A stretch of DNA of 64,000 bases from Curvularia clavata. Lineage: Eukaryota. The notes under the pieces were generated by a model. It was not told where the DNA came from, ran no database searches, and saw only the letters and a program-made list of their open reading frames with translations. This document shows, one piece after another, positions 32,646 to 45,247 of this stretch (positions are counted from its first letter, which is position 1; every line of letters starts with the position of its first letter). Location of the stretch: the NCBI GenBank assembly GCA_023920165.1, contig CP089274.1:4526001-4590000 (forward strand). The letters are read 5' to 3'. Made by a program: the position numbers and the translations under genes.

Positions 32646-34760
32646 TTATTTTAAACTCTGTCTCCCACGTCTCCGTCCATCAACATGCCCCACCACCCGC
32701 TCACCCCCAACCCCAACCTCACCACCACCACCGCCTTCCTCCCTCTGCTTCTTCCTCTTTGACCTCGCATTCTGCACCCCCACCTGAACAGCCACCTGCT
32801 TCTTCTCCTCAAACACGACATCCTTCCTTGACAGACCGGCCGCAACCGTCTCTCCCACAGCCCTATCCCCAAACTCAATCTTCTTATACCTCACGCTCCA
32901 CTCACACACTCCCTCGGGCGCCCCGAAACCATCAACCCGCACGTCTAGCGTCGGGAAACCGACTAGCGTCTCCAAGCCAGTGAGATGGTCTTGGCGGAAC
33001 ACGGCGGGCAGCGTGTAGCGCACGTCAGATGGCTGGACCAAGTCCAACGCTGCGAGGATGAAGCGATATGGGCGTGTACGGGTTGCGTCGAGCATGTCGT
33101 CGCGGTTCTGCTGGTACGTGGGCAAGTGGTGAGTGTCGGCTTTGGTGAAGATGCGCAGGATGAGGTTATCCTTTTGGAGAAGATTGTGAAGTCGGATCCA
33201 GTACCGGCCGTCGAAGAGACGGTATGTGTCACTTCGCGAAGGACGAGCGCCTGCACATGGCGGATACACGATGTAATTTGCAGCGTCTTTGCGCTCGTTC
33301 ATGTCGAGTGGCTGCCGTGTGAGAAGCCATTCTCGCGGGTGCGGCAATGAGAGGTTGATTCCGTGCTCTTTATGCTCAGGGAAAGGTGTAGGTTGGTCCC
33401 AGAATCGCCACCATACGCTATAGACGCTGAAGTTTTTCTTGCGGATTCCGTTCCAATGGCCTGCGTCGTCATCTTCCAACTCCTCCAGCTCCGGATAGAT
33501 GCGGTGGACGGTTGCTGCAAGCTGGCCTAGAGGCGCTTTGGCTCGTGGCGTCACTAGTTCCGCGACGCGTTCTAAAAGGCAGTATGCCGTGTTCTTTGCC
33601 TCGATCCTGTCGGAAGTAGTCTCAATTGGACGTGGAAGGAGGTCAGAGAATGGCGGGAATCGGACGATGAGACTGCCGGTTTGGATATCGAGCTTGATCA
33701 AGCACTTCTCAAAAAGCTTCTTCCCGAGCTCTTTATGTTTCTTGACACGTTCCTGCATGTGCAATGAAACATCAACCAACGATCGAACTCCAAGTGCCTC
33801 TGGAAGTTTGTGGTTTTTGTAGATGTGACGTATGGCGTTGCGAGACGTGAGCGTCTGGATCTGGTTCGTCTTGTCCTCCGCCCAAGCGATGCCCTTTTCC
33901 TCACACGTCGCAATCAATCGCGCTTTTTCGAACCCAAGAAGCGGCCGCAGAATCTGAGTGCCTCCCTGCTCAATCGCAAACGGTATCCTCAGACTAGGAG
34001 TGGGCTTCAGCGGGCTGCCGCTATGGTACACTCCGTAAATGCCCTCACACTCGGGAATCCACTCTTTGCGCTGCATGGCCTGAAGACCTGATCTAAGCCG
34101 GTTGTTTGCCATTCTCATCATGACAGTCTCGGCTTGGTCATCGGCGTGATGCGCCACCATGAGTCGGTTGATTCTCATGTCTCTGCATGCTCGACCTAGC
34201 GCCTGGTACCGCAGTGTGCGTGCCTCGGTCTCGAATCGCTTGCGATCGTGGGGATCAAAGTCGCTGGGCCATGTGAGAGGAATCACGGTGGACTCGATAC
34301 CAACTTGTCAAGTCAGTACTTGCAAAGCCGAGAGGATTCTATGTGCCTACGCTTGGAGCGCAATTGCTCTGCTACCCAGCTGGCTTCTTCTGTGCTCTCG
34401 GGACGCACTTTGTGGTCTACGATGAAGCCATAGGCCTTTGGCGCGAATGAATTTTCTTGCTGGAACTCTTTATACAGGGCAGCCAGGGCCATTGAGTCTA
34501 CGCCGCCGCTTATAGCAATGCCTATCGGACGATCAGCCAGTCATTCCTTGGACTACTTTAAAATACCCACCCAGAGCCTGCTTGTGAGAAAAGGTTCCCG
34601 GGACCTCATCCAACAATCCTCCGCCCAGAGCTCGCTTGAACTCGTCATTAGTAATTGGTAGGCTCTTTAAAGAGCTATACCATCGCAATCCTCTTACTCC
34701 ATGGCTGACTGACGCAATAGAGGAACAATTCCTCAGCCCGAGGACATTGCTTCTCCACAT
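32646..34760 (-). CDS. tilS: tRNA(Ile)-lysidine synthetase-like PP-loop protein, likely mitochondrial; introns 34304-34350 and 34522-34570
   Basis: Spliced GIAISGGVDSMAL, IVDH.VRPES.EEA, E..AR.LRY, VAHHADDQAET, RPLL, W.ED.TN...RN.IR. Presequence-like N-terminus. Confidence 0.9.
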
Positions 34761-34916
34761 ATAGGCACCAAGTACCTACGTCCGTCCCGGCAGCCGACAA
34801 TCAAACAAAGGAGCGAGTCTCGCAAGCAACGAAAGAAAGAAAAAATTACTGGTTTTGGTAATGCACGAGATGGAGGTGTTTCCGCAGCGGGATTCCGAGG
34901 TAAGGTGCACGGACAT

Positions 34917-34931
34917 GGAATTTTCTGGAAT
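34917..34931. promoter_or_regulatory. Perfect heat-shock element (nGAAnnTTCnnGAAn)
   Basis: gGAAttTTCtgGAAt about 125 bp upstream of the HSP10 ATG. Confidence 0.75.
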
Positions 34932-35055
34932 GCAAAGCACAACATCTTTCAACTGTCTACAACATCGAGTTCTGCCCAATTCCTCTCTTCACCAACCGCC
35001 AGCCGTTCCAATTTGTCGTGATATACCCCCGCTATACTCACTCTAATCCGCCACC

Positions 35056-35504
35056 ATGGTAAGCTCCTCCGATGCACTCCATGTCCTTGTAAAACCATAC
35101 TGACATGCTCGCTCAGTCCACCATCAAGTCTATCCGCAGCATTGCGCCCCTCCTCGACCGCATCCTCGTGCAGCGCATCAAGCCCGAAGCTAAGACCGCA
35201 ACCGGCATCTTCCTCCCTGAGACAGCCGTCAAGGACCTCAACGAAGCAAAGGTCATTGCCGTCGGCCCCGGCGCCTTCGACAAGGACGGAAAGCGCGTCG
35301 CCCCCAGCGTGCAGCCTGGCGACAAGGTTCTGATCCCCCAGTTTGGCGGCAGCCCGATCAAGGTCGGCGAGGAGGAATTGAGCCTGTTCAGGGACCATGA
35401 GTAAGTTTTACGTTCTTTGGGCACTTGCCCGCGCAATTGAAGAGAAGAGAGAGAGAGCTGACTGGTGAACCCCTCACAGGCTCCTTGCCAAGATCAACGA
35501 GTAG
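35056..35504 (+). CDS. HSP10: Mitochondrial co-chaperonin Hsp10; exons 35056-35058, 35117-35400, 35480-35504
   Basis: PLLDRILVQR, KTATGIFLP, VIAVGPG, GDKVLIPQFGG, FRDHE|LLAKINE*. Canonical introns. Confidence 0.97.
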
Positions 35505-36101
35505 ACGTAACAAACGTAACGTAGCGCACTGCGAGTAAATCTTAATGAATTTGCTCGTTACCTCTTGTATCAATACCCACCTCACCAACACCGACTGCCT
35601 CTCCGCCCGCTTTCCGCCTTTTCTGGATCCACGCCTACACCCTGTAATTTCACGCGAAGCGCTAGCATGACTGCTGGGGTTGGCATGTGTATACTCTCTG
35701 TGGCTTGGGCAAAAATCCTTTTTTGATGTATTTGGAAAGCGTTTCTTCAATGCATGTATTTACAAAAACTACTACGGGTTGGGAAAAATCTGAGTGGGCG
35801 GGGAAATGTGAACGCAGAAACGAAAAAGGACGATGACGAAATGAATAAGAATCTCTGCTCTAATTGCATTCAAGGTCTGTTGTCACATTGCAAATGATTG
35901 TGCTGAACTCCTTGTGGGCTGGACCCTTTTTACGTGCTCAGATACTGAAGCAAAGTGCAAGTACTGGTTTCTAGCACTACTCATAAGAGGCAGAGAGCCT
36001 TATTTACTACCGCTCACCCATATGGAAAATGATACCATGACCCCTTCCTGCAACACCATCCACCTGGATCTTCACACCCCTCGGGTATCGATATGAAACG
36101 C

Positions 36102-38767
36102 CTACCAAGCCGAATTGCCGCCTCCACCTCCCCACTGCCTTCCACTTCCTCCCGACTGGCCCTGACCATACGAATCATACGCGCCGCCCTGTCCATACGC
36201 GCCGTAACTGCCTGGCGGTGGCTGCTGTTGTTGGTGCTGCTGTCCATACGCAGGAGCCTGACCCGGAGGAGGACCATAATTTTCATAACCCTGCTGATAA
36301 TTCGTGGGGAAAGCATAACTCGGTTCTTGGCCCTGACCGCCCGTGTACTGGCCGTGAGACCATCCGTAGCCGCCGGCGGGAACGGCGTTGCTGTACTCGG
36401 CGGGGGGCTGGTACGCTTCGCCGGCGTGGGAGGACTGGTAGGGATGGAAGTTTGCCCACTGCGGGGAGGGCTGGGGGGAGGGCGAGAAGGGACCTGTTGC
36501 CCCGTGAGGGGAAAAGGACATGTCGTCGCCTCCTTCACGGGACTGGCCGGAGTTGCTACCACCAAGGCTGCTGAAGATGCCGCCGAGGGGTCCGGGAAGG
36601 TTGCTGCCTAGAGAACCTAGGAGGTTGTTGGATCCGCCGGATGGCTTGCTGGATTGTCCGCCGCCGTGGCTGTGGCTGTGGCCTTGGAAACTGGATACGC
36701 CTGCCGCGCCGTGTCCGTGTCCTGAGGAGTGGTCGTGGGAACCGCTATGGTTGTGACCCGCCTTTACAGATTCAGATGAAAGGACATCGTTCAGGTCTTT
36801 GCCGTGGTAATTGTGCGCCCAGTTCTTGACTACCTCGAACATATTGACGTGGACTTCGCAGTGCGGGTCTCGGAGAACGGGATGGTGGAATACGCGGGCT
36901 ACGTCGTTCAGGACTTGGTCGACGGGAACGTCTGGGTGGTCCCAGGCATAGATAACGCGGGGCGCGACATATTGCAGAATTGCTACGGCAACTTGACCAG
37001 CAGGTGCGTTGAGGATGTTGGAGAAATGGTCCTTGGACAGCATGCTGTGGGTGGGGTTGGTGGACGTGGGATCATTCCAGACTTCGAACTGGTGCTTGGC
37101 TGCCGAGTCGATGACAGCTGAGGAGCCGCTTTTGAGCTGGCCTGATGCCGTCTTGATGATCGGCAGGATGAATGGAGCAAGCAGTGACAACACGAAGATG
37201 GTGACACGCTCCGTGATGGTCTCGATCAACTTCTCGAGTCCCGGAATCTTGGAGATAATGTTTGAGATACTCCGGACGACGTTATCCCTGAAAACTAGGA
37301 TAGGGTAGATCTTTGGAATGATGGCCGCAGGGTCAGTGTTTGTGCCTGGGATGTCCGGCCCTGGCGGTCCACCAACAGAGCCAGGTGGTGCATCAAACTG
37401 GCCGGGTCCAGCTCTGGACGAGCTGTAGTCGCCAAATCCGGAGCGGGCATTCTCTGCGGCTTGTGCATCTGATGAAGCCTGTAAACTCCTTGCTTGGCTG
37501 ATGAGGTCGCCAGTACCCGGAACCATGTTCAAAGCATCTATCAGGCCACCGCAGGGATCGGATCCTCCTGGCCCAGACCTCTTTCCACTACCTGAAACTG
37601 CGTCTACAAGGGCAGTGTTTACTTCGTCAATCTCGGTTTGTGTGATATGGTCGTTTGCCTCTCCGAGAACAGAGTGGAAGAAATCAACACCACCAAATGT
37701 ACCAGTGACAAGTGGGTAAGTGTGCTTCCCGTGTAGGTTAATGCCAGTCTGTACACCCGTATGGGGGAACACATTAGTGTATCCGAGCTCGCGTAGTACC
37801 AGCTCGGTATAGTTTGTGTGCGCACCAAAGTCTTCTAGACAGTGCAGTCCTTGGCCGAGACAGCGAAGCGCTTCTGCGAGGTCCTCCTCTCGTCCACGTT
37901 GGCCTGATGGACCATGGGTATACAGACGGCCAAAATGAATAGCTCGTGCAAAAGAGTATTTTACGTATCCCGAAGACGTAGCCCAGTTACCATGTTCGTT
38001 AGCAATGTAATTTTTCATTCCTGTATTAGGATCGACAGCCAGCTCAACCTCTGATACTGGACCACGGAGACGCGGATCATACTTGCGAGCATCTTCATTG
38101 TCGGCATAGTCTTTCTGTAAGAGTATTAGAACCAACGTATTTTTGTTTGCATCTTGTACAGCTTACGGGGTTGTCTGTCTACTTGTTAGCATTTCCACTC
38201 ATGGCTTGGCTGGCTTTGCTTACCGATGTGTTCTTCGGGCCTGTACACACCCAGTCTCTCGGCTGTGACTTCGAATTCTCCAGTCGCATAACCAAAGGAC
38301 ATGAAAGAAAGGACCCAGACCAGAACGCGAATAGTTTCCGCCTGGTTACCGTCAGTATGCTGTCACGTGTTTCAGCCATGCTTTTGGCGTACCTGGACTT
38401 TGGCCAGCGTGCCAACATCAACAGCCTTGGAGAGTCAGTAAATTTCAATCATCTTCAGTCTGTCCAGCTCACTTGTGAGTAATCGCGTAACCAGTTGCCA
38501 AAGTACACACGCTACGCCAAACGTCAGTGACTACATTACAAGGCCGTGGCTGCTTGCTCCCACCTTGATCATCTGGCTCTTCCATTTGTGTCCTTTTAAG
38601 CAGGCGACCGTCGCAAGCATATCCTCAATATCTCCATGGCGCCAGTTCTTGCCCTCAATCTTGGAGATGGATGCGATATTCCCCGCGCCAAAGGCTTCGG
38701 CGCTAGTGGGCAGCAGGACGAGGATCGCGAGGGCGACGAGCAGCACGTATTTGGATGAGATACCCAT
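36102..38767 (-). CDS. het-c: Het-C family heterokaryon-incompatibility-like protein with signal peptide and Gly/Tyr/Gln-rich tail; introns 38115-38166, 38175-38223, 38342-38392, 38426-38472, 38512-38563
   Basis: AFGAGNI...NWRHGDIED, RVYFGNWLRDYSQAVDVG, LGVYRPEEHIDNPKDYADN, LHCLEDFGAHTNY, PLVTGTFGGVDF, PTHSMLSKDHF. Confidence 0.95.
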
Positions 38768-39264
38768 GGCTGGAACAACAAAGGGAAAAGAGAAGGAGCG
38801 GGGTCTTGTAGGAGAGTTGAGTAAGAATCTTGGAGGTGCTGACCTCTTATCCGCTACGGTCAGCTGTTAACGTCGACGGATAAGGCGGTGCAGGAATGAC
38901 GCCACACGTCACCGAAGCCCACTCAGATCAAGAAGAACAAAAAAACACCGTGCCTGACTTGCCAACCACGGTGTGCATGGGATTTATGTGAGTAATCCTA
39001 GCTCAAAATACCCACCTTTGGCGAGGCTTTGCTGCCCGATGCAACGTTGGAACCGCTTGCGCCACAGCTGCCCCACCTCGTGCCCAGTTGATGCTGTGAA
39101 GGGGGGCCCTATTCAGCTGAAGCCACTCCCCTCATCTGAGGCGTAGCTAGCCAATCCTTGACAGAGCGCAATGCTGCCTGCTGACAACATTGCTGCCTGG
39201 CGAATATGTCGCTGGCATCGACTTATCTCTCGCCGTCGCATCCTGACTTTCCTACATAACAGTC

Positions 39265-42163
39265 ATGGAGCGTGATCGGAACATGGAAGAAGTATCTGAG
39301 TCGGAGCCCCATGTCTCAACACCAGCTACAATGGAAGCCGAAACACAATCAGAACGAAGCGTGCATACGCCTGATTCATTCCAGCCGCTGTTCTCGGACT
39401 ACAAGGAATTCTACAAGGCCATCGTACGCGGAGAAATCGAGACGGTCAAGTCCATGCTAGACGCTGGTGCAAACATAGAGCGCAAAGAAGGAGGCGATGG
39501 CGCTACACCACTGGTCCTGGCCATCTACAAGCGTCGCGTCGACATGGTAAAGTTCCTGTTGGAAAGGGGCGCAAATGTGAATACTACAGTCTCCTTCTCG
39601 CCTCCCTTGTTCCACGCAAACGCAGCAGGTGAGGACGCGCCTCGCATCCTGCAGCTGCTTCTTGACCATGGTGCCAACATCGAGGAGATCGAGCCGTCTT
39701 CTTCCCTGAATGTCTTGCACGTGGCAGCTGTCCACGGTGATATTTACGCTGCCGATTTTCTTATCAGCAAAGGCCTGGATATCCATCGGAAGTGCGAACA
39801 TGGGAAAACACCGTTTCTCCTTGCCGCCGAGAAGGGACAGACAATGATGGTAAAACTACTCCTTGCAAAAGGGGCTGATCTACATACACGAAGTGGCAAC
39901 GGTGCTACTGCATTGATGTGGGCTGCGCACACCGGACAAGTAGAGACCGTAAAGTTTTTGCTAGAAAAGGGTATGAATCTAGAGGACCGTGATGAAGATG
40001 GATTGAGTAAGTACAAGTGCCATGTTGAGCCATTACAGGATGCAACTAACAATGTCAGCCGCGCTTTCAGTGGCTAGTCGCGCAGGTCACAAGGAGATTG
40101 TGGAGATGTTGCTCGAAAAGGGTGCAGATATCAACGTAATAAGTACTGAGCCAAGAGAGACTACTCCCGCCATGTGGGCAGCGATCTATGGACACGACCA
40201 AGTGCTCAAGGTACTGATCGATCACGAAGCGGACCTTTCGATCTTATCAGACGACAATGAATTGAACATACTTGAGATTGCTCTGAGAAGAGGCCATGCT
40301 AAATGCGCGAAGATGTTGCTAGAAGCCATCGGAGGACCTGACCACCCAACCAACAGTGCTGCGCTCCAAATCGCCCTAACAAAATGTATGGCTGAGACCA
40401 GACCCGTTGTAAACACCATATCCTCACTCATGCCACACATCAACTTTGATGGTGCTTCTTCAGGGAAATGGGGATGGATTAAATGGGTGCTCGACCACGG
40501 TGGTGAGCTGATCCGACCAAGGGCAACGCTCAATCTGCTGCACTTTGCGCTGCTTGAAGACGAGGTTGGTGCGCTTGCTGAGCTACTCAGACTGGGCGTC
40601 GACCCAAATACGACTGTGTTCGATGGAGATACACCACTCCACGCTGCTGTGGGCCGCGACAATATAAAGCAGCTCCAACTCCTGCTTGATTCCGGTGCGG
40701 ATCCAGCTCGACCGTCACAAGACCCTGATCATCTCTCGATCACCCCATTACACTATGCAGCGATTCGACTGGATGGTGACGAGAAAAAGGATACATCGAT
40801 CATCGATGCCTTACTTGCATCAGGGCGGTGCAAAATCTTGTACGGCGACAGCCTGGACACGACTGTATTCGCATACGTAATGAACAAATTCGAACGCTGG
40901 GAGAACAAACTAGCCGATAAAATAGTAATCCGCATGATCGAATGCATACCGGATGTTAACGAGGAACGTTCTGGGGAGGGTGCTACGCTGATGCATGCTG
41001 CTGTGTTAAGCCGAAACCATGAGCTCGTCGACCTCCTCCTGCAAAAGGGGGCTGACATGAATTCTAGGGATAAGTACGGCTTCACACCTTTCATCATAGC
41101 TTGTCCCACCCCGCCAGAAGATTTTGACTTTATAATCTCACGGGGTGCTGATGCATTTGCTGTTGATCGCCTTGGGCGATCAACCCTGTATCACGCCGCT
41201 GCCCACGGGTCAATGGAATCAGTTCGATATCTTCTCGACCTAGGCGCTGCCAGCGACGAGAAGAACAACAGCCTGAGCATTGAAACTACAGAACACAGAG
41301 GCTGGACCCCTCTGATTGCGGCCATTACAAAGAAGCACGAGGATATAGCATTGTACTTGCTCGAACGAGGCGCATCAGCTACGCACTATACGAACGACAA
41401 GAAACGGACTGCTCTGCACTACGCGTCACTATACAGCATGCATAAACTGGTCGACAAGATTCTCTCCGACCCCACCGCCAGCGAAATCATCAACTCTCCG
41501 GACGAAAAAGGCTGGACTCCTCTCTCCCTCGCCTGCCTTGCGCCTTCCCCCACTGTCGTCCCCCAGCTCCTCTCTCACGGCGCAGAAATCAACACCCGTC
41601 ACCCATTCACATCTGACACGCCTCTGCACACGGCCTTTAAGCGCCCCTTTAGCTTTGGTCCCCGCGACGCGCGCTGCGGTGATCCAGCGCTCCTGCTACT
41701 CAAACACCCCTCTATCGACCTTACTATCCGCGACGCCCAATCCCGCACTCTCCTCCACTTCGCTGCTGAATTCCACAATTTCCCCGCTGCCGAGCTCCTG
41801 CTCTCCAAAGGCGCATCCCCAAACGACGTCGACGCTTCTGGAAAAACGCCCCTTGCACTCTGCTCGCGCCCAGACACCGTCGAAGCATTGATTCAAGCCG
41901 GCGCGGACGTCAATCACGCGGAGCCGAATGGCTGGACCCCTGTGCACCACGCCGTTCGTAGGTGCTGGGTTGCTGCGTATGCAGTGCTAGTGGAGCACGG
42001 GGCGGATGTGGAGGCGAGGACGGCGGATGATGGCATGAGTGCGAAGGAGAGGATGGAGAGGATGGGTGGGGAGAAGGCGTGGGCGGGGAGGGAGCCGGAC
42101 TTTATTGCGGAGGATATGGAGAGGGAGAAACGGAGGGAGAAGATGATGAGTGATATGTTATGA
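39265..42163 (+). CDS. Large ankyrin-repeat protein, about 948 aa; intron 40007-40058
   Basis: Roughly 20 repeats of G.TPLH.A...G...V..LL..GA.VN type along the whole length. Intron A|GTAAGT...ACTAAC...CAG joins the two ORFs in frame. Confidence 0.92.
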
Positions 42164-42566
42164 TCTGGACATGTCTGAGGTGGAGTTTTTGGTTTGGAAT
42201 TCTGTTTTATGAGATAGGAAGGCGTTGGATAGCTAGATATGCTGGGTCTTGTGTATGAGTTAAATTAGTTAATGATCCAATATGGCATTGTGTTGCTGAA
42301 GAACTTGTATCGTCTTAACTGAGGTGGTCTGACATCGGAAGTTGACGAAGTAGTGGAAAGCTGGTAACACTGGCAACATTCACAGATGAACATGTGCAAA
42401 ACAGAGCAGTACGAGAATGAATATGTCATTGGAACATTATAAAATAGCTGATCGTATTTTCTCTCAAGCTTCCTACCCAAGAACGCGGGCGTTGGGTTAT
42501 GTAGCTTCTTCCTCATGCATCAAGATGGGCAAGTATATTCTCTCTGCCTCATCCTTCTCCTCCCAT

Positions 42567-43055
42567 CTAGTGTCCAGGCTTAACCTTCTTCGACTCCTCC
42601 TGCAGCTCCTTAATCTGCTCCTGGGTATCCTTTCCTGTCTCGGATCGATCCGCCTTAATCTGCGCATTTTATTAGCCAATTGCTCTTCCATTGCCAATTG
42701 CATCCATATAAATGTATGACTCGATGCAGGGGTAAACATACGGCGCTCTCGCTGTCACTGGCAAGCTGCTCCTCCCAGCTGGCCTTGCCCTGCTTCTGCG
42801 CGTTCAGCTGCTCCTGCTTCTTCTTCTCGACTTCCTCAGCACGGTTCTCGCTATCTGTCGGATATTTGTTAGCTTCAATTATATGTCATCGCGTTATTTA
42901 ACACCAGAGCTGTTATGGTGCTGGATAATGAACGGAGCACACATACGAAGAGCAGACTCCTTGCCAGCGGAGCGAGCTATTGACTGCGAGAAAGCCGCAC
43001 GCTGGACAAAGGGAATAGGAGCGCGGCGGATCGCAAAGGCACGGATAGCAGACAT
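42567..43055 (-). CDS. Small (104 aa) mitochondrial hydrophilic coiled-coil protein with W...LASDSE...KADR motif; introns 42660-42741 and 42855-42946
   Basis: Presequence MSAIRAFAIRRAP..QRAAFSQSIAR. Two canonical introns give an open frame ending KKVKPGH*. Function not assignable. Confidence 0.8.
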
Positions 43056-43310
43056 GGCGAATTCGGTTGTTGAGTAGAAGTCGGTTGGGAGTTGATAGTT
43101 GTTGTAGAGAGGGGTTCCGAAAGGTCGAGCTTTCACGTGTCAATTCGTTATATGGACACTTTTCAACGAAGAGAAAAAAGAACCGGTCAAATATATACCG
43201 ACAACAAAAGTAAAGACGAAGCTGGATACTGGGTAGGCTCAAGAAGAAAGGATGGATTTGCTGGAGAAAACAGAGGTTCCTCGGTTAGTGGCCAGCTAGC
43301 TTGGGAGAAG

Positions 43311-43326
43311 ACGTCATAACGTCATA
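43311..43326 (-). promoter_or_regulatory. Tandem ATF/CREB (M26-type ATGACGT) sites
   Basis: ACGTCATA-ACGTCATA direct repeat about 260 bp upstream of the small mitochondrial protein gene. Confidence 0.5.
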
Positions 43327-44582
43327 GCTGCCCCAGCCGGCAATCACCATTACGACGATTAGCCCGGCGTCCAGCCGCCCAACAGCAGCAGGCTTGTTAG
43401 TCATGCTGTTTTGCTTTTGCGCTTGTGAAAAGGCAACGAGGCCTAGATCCGAAGCCTCTTTGGCTGCTTGTTGTGGCTGCAGGAGGTGCGCAGCTGACCA
43501 CTCTCTACGCTTGGGAACTCATGTCGGCCCAGTTTCCCCTTGTGCCTGGACTCGTTCAACGTGGCGCACGCGGTCCGTCTCCACGGGGTAGCTTCTCACT
43601 ACCAATGGCGGGGATGAGGGGGTGAAGCAGTCTGTTTGCATTAGATGGGCCAGAGACATGGCCTCGTGAGATGGCCTGACAAACGGCATACCAACAAACC
43701 AATTCGTCTCGAACAACATCACCTCATGTAGCACAAGTTCAAAAGCATATGATGTGAACAATTGCGTTTCCATTCCTAGGATTCACTGCCCTCGAATCGA
43801 GGCGTGTAATGTATGAGGAGAATCGAGCTCCTGAGGGAAAGATAAGACCAGAAGATCAAAGAAGAGATCGCAACCGCCCAGTTTAGGGCGTCGTATAAAT
43901 CCTCATACAATGGAAAAGAACAGAAAAAAGGACAAAGAGAAGAGAGCAACGAAAACGACCCTGCGCCAATGACTGCGTAGAATCATCCCAGCGTCGTACA
44001 GATGTTAATGCACCCAAGAAACCGATGACCCACAACACGCTTTGACACCGCCGCTTCGCAAGATCGCGCCAACAATGGTATATACCGACCGCTTGAAACC
44101 GAGAGACCAACCGTACATAGGAAATCTACCCTTTGATAGGGCGCCATGATAATGGCAGCCGGGCGACCAAGTGTCCGACAGCAACGCTATAGAACACCTA
44201 CGCCAGTAACCAAAGGTTTTCAAAGTTTTTGAAAGGTATAAGAGTAACCGAGAAATGCGACCCAAGAAAGAACACCAGTATATGTGCAGACCGCCGTGAA
44301 TGCGTTAGCGCTCAAAAGCAAGAGACCAAGAGCGCTCTATCGGGAAATCATGTTTGCTACAATTGCAACGCCGTCGCCGGTTCAGTGGTAAACCCAAGAT
44401 GTCGAAGAAGATATCGTAATTTATACAGGGAGAGTCGATCGTGTACAACGGATGAGGCTCCGGTGGTGGATATCAGGAAGAAGAATTGTAGTAGAAGTAG
44501 ATCCAGGTAGCCACTAGCCCAGTAACAGATGCGCCGCAAGGATGACCGAATAGATGCTTGGTCTCGTGCCAGCACGACTTAT

Positions 44583-45247
44583 TTACCAGCGTCGCGACAT
44601 GAACTGTTGCTGCATCTGTCGGTTAGGAGAGACGCTTGGTGGGGGGCTGGCAACAGTGCGTGTGGACGGGTCAACAATGGGGATGGCGTTGCGCGTGCGC
44701 TGGGCTAGTGGCTGGTGGAGTTTTGTCTGAGCGTTGTTCTGCTGGAAGCCGACGGGTGTGTACGGGTTGGGAGCAGAAGACAGCACAAACGAGGGAGTAG
44801 GCTGCAGCTGGTGCTGTAGAGGAGACTGCTCGGGCGATCCGCTGGAGAGCGAGGAACGGTCGGAGCCAGATGAGTGGATGGACTGCAGCTGTTCATCGAG
44901 TGTCAGCGCCTGTTGGGGGCGGATTCGACGACAGGGGATTGTGGGTGGCAAATATCGTGAGGCGAGCGACTTACATCATCCTCAGTGAGCAGGTGGAAGG
45001 GGCAGAACATCTCATCGTCTTCAATGTCAAAGGAGCGGGCGGCCTCAAAGTCGCGCTTGTAGGCGATGAGGGTGGGCGGCTCGACGTTGAACTCCTTGGG
45101 GGTGCGGACTTGGCGGAACTGCTTGTTGTGCTGCTGGGCCGAGATTCGGGGGGCCCTTCGCGAGCGGCCGCTGTGGTGGTTATGCGAATGGGCGTTGAGG
45201 TGCTGAGCGTGGTGCTGCTGGGCACCGTAGTTGAAGAACTGCGACAT
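44583..45247 (-). CDS. Conserved fungal hypothetical, largely disordered protein; intron 44889-44974
   Basis: GRSRRAPR, QFR, FEAARSFDIEDDEMFCPFHLLTEDD|LQSI, SDRSSLSSGSP..SP, RNAIPIVDP. Phase-0 intron GTAAGT...GCTGAC...CAG. Confidence 0.85.
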
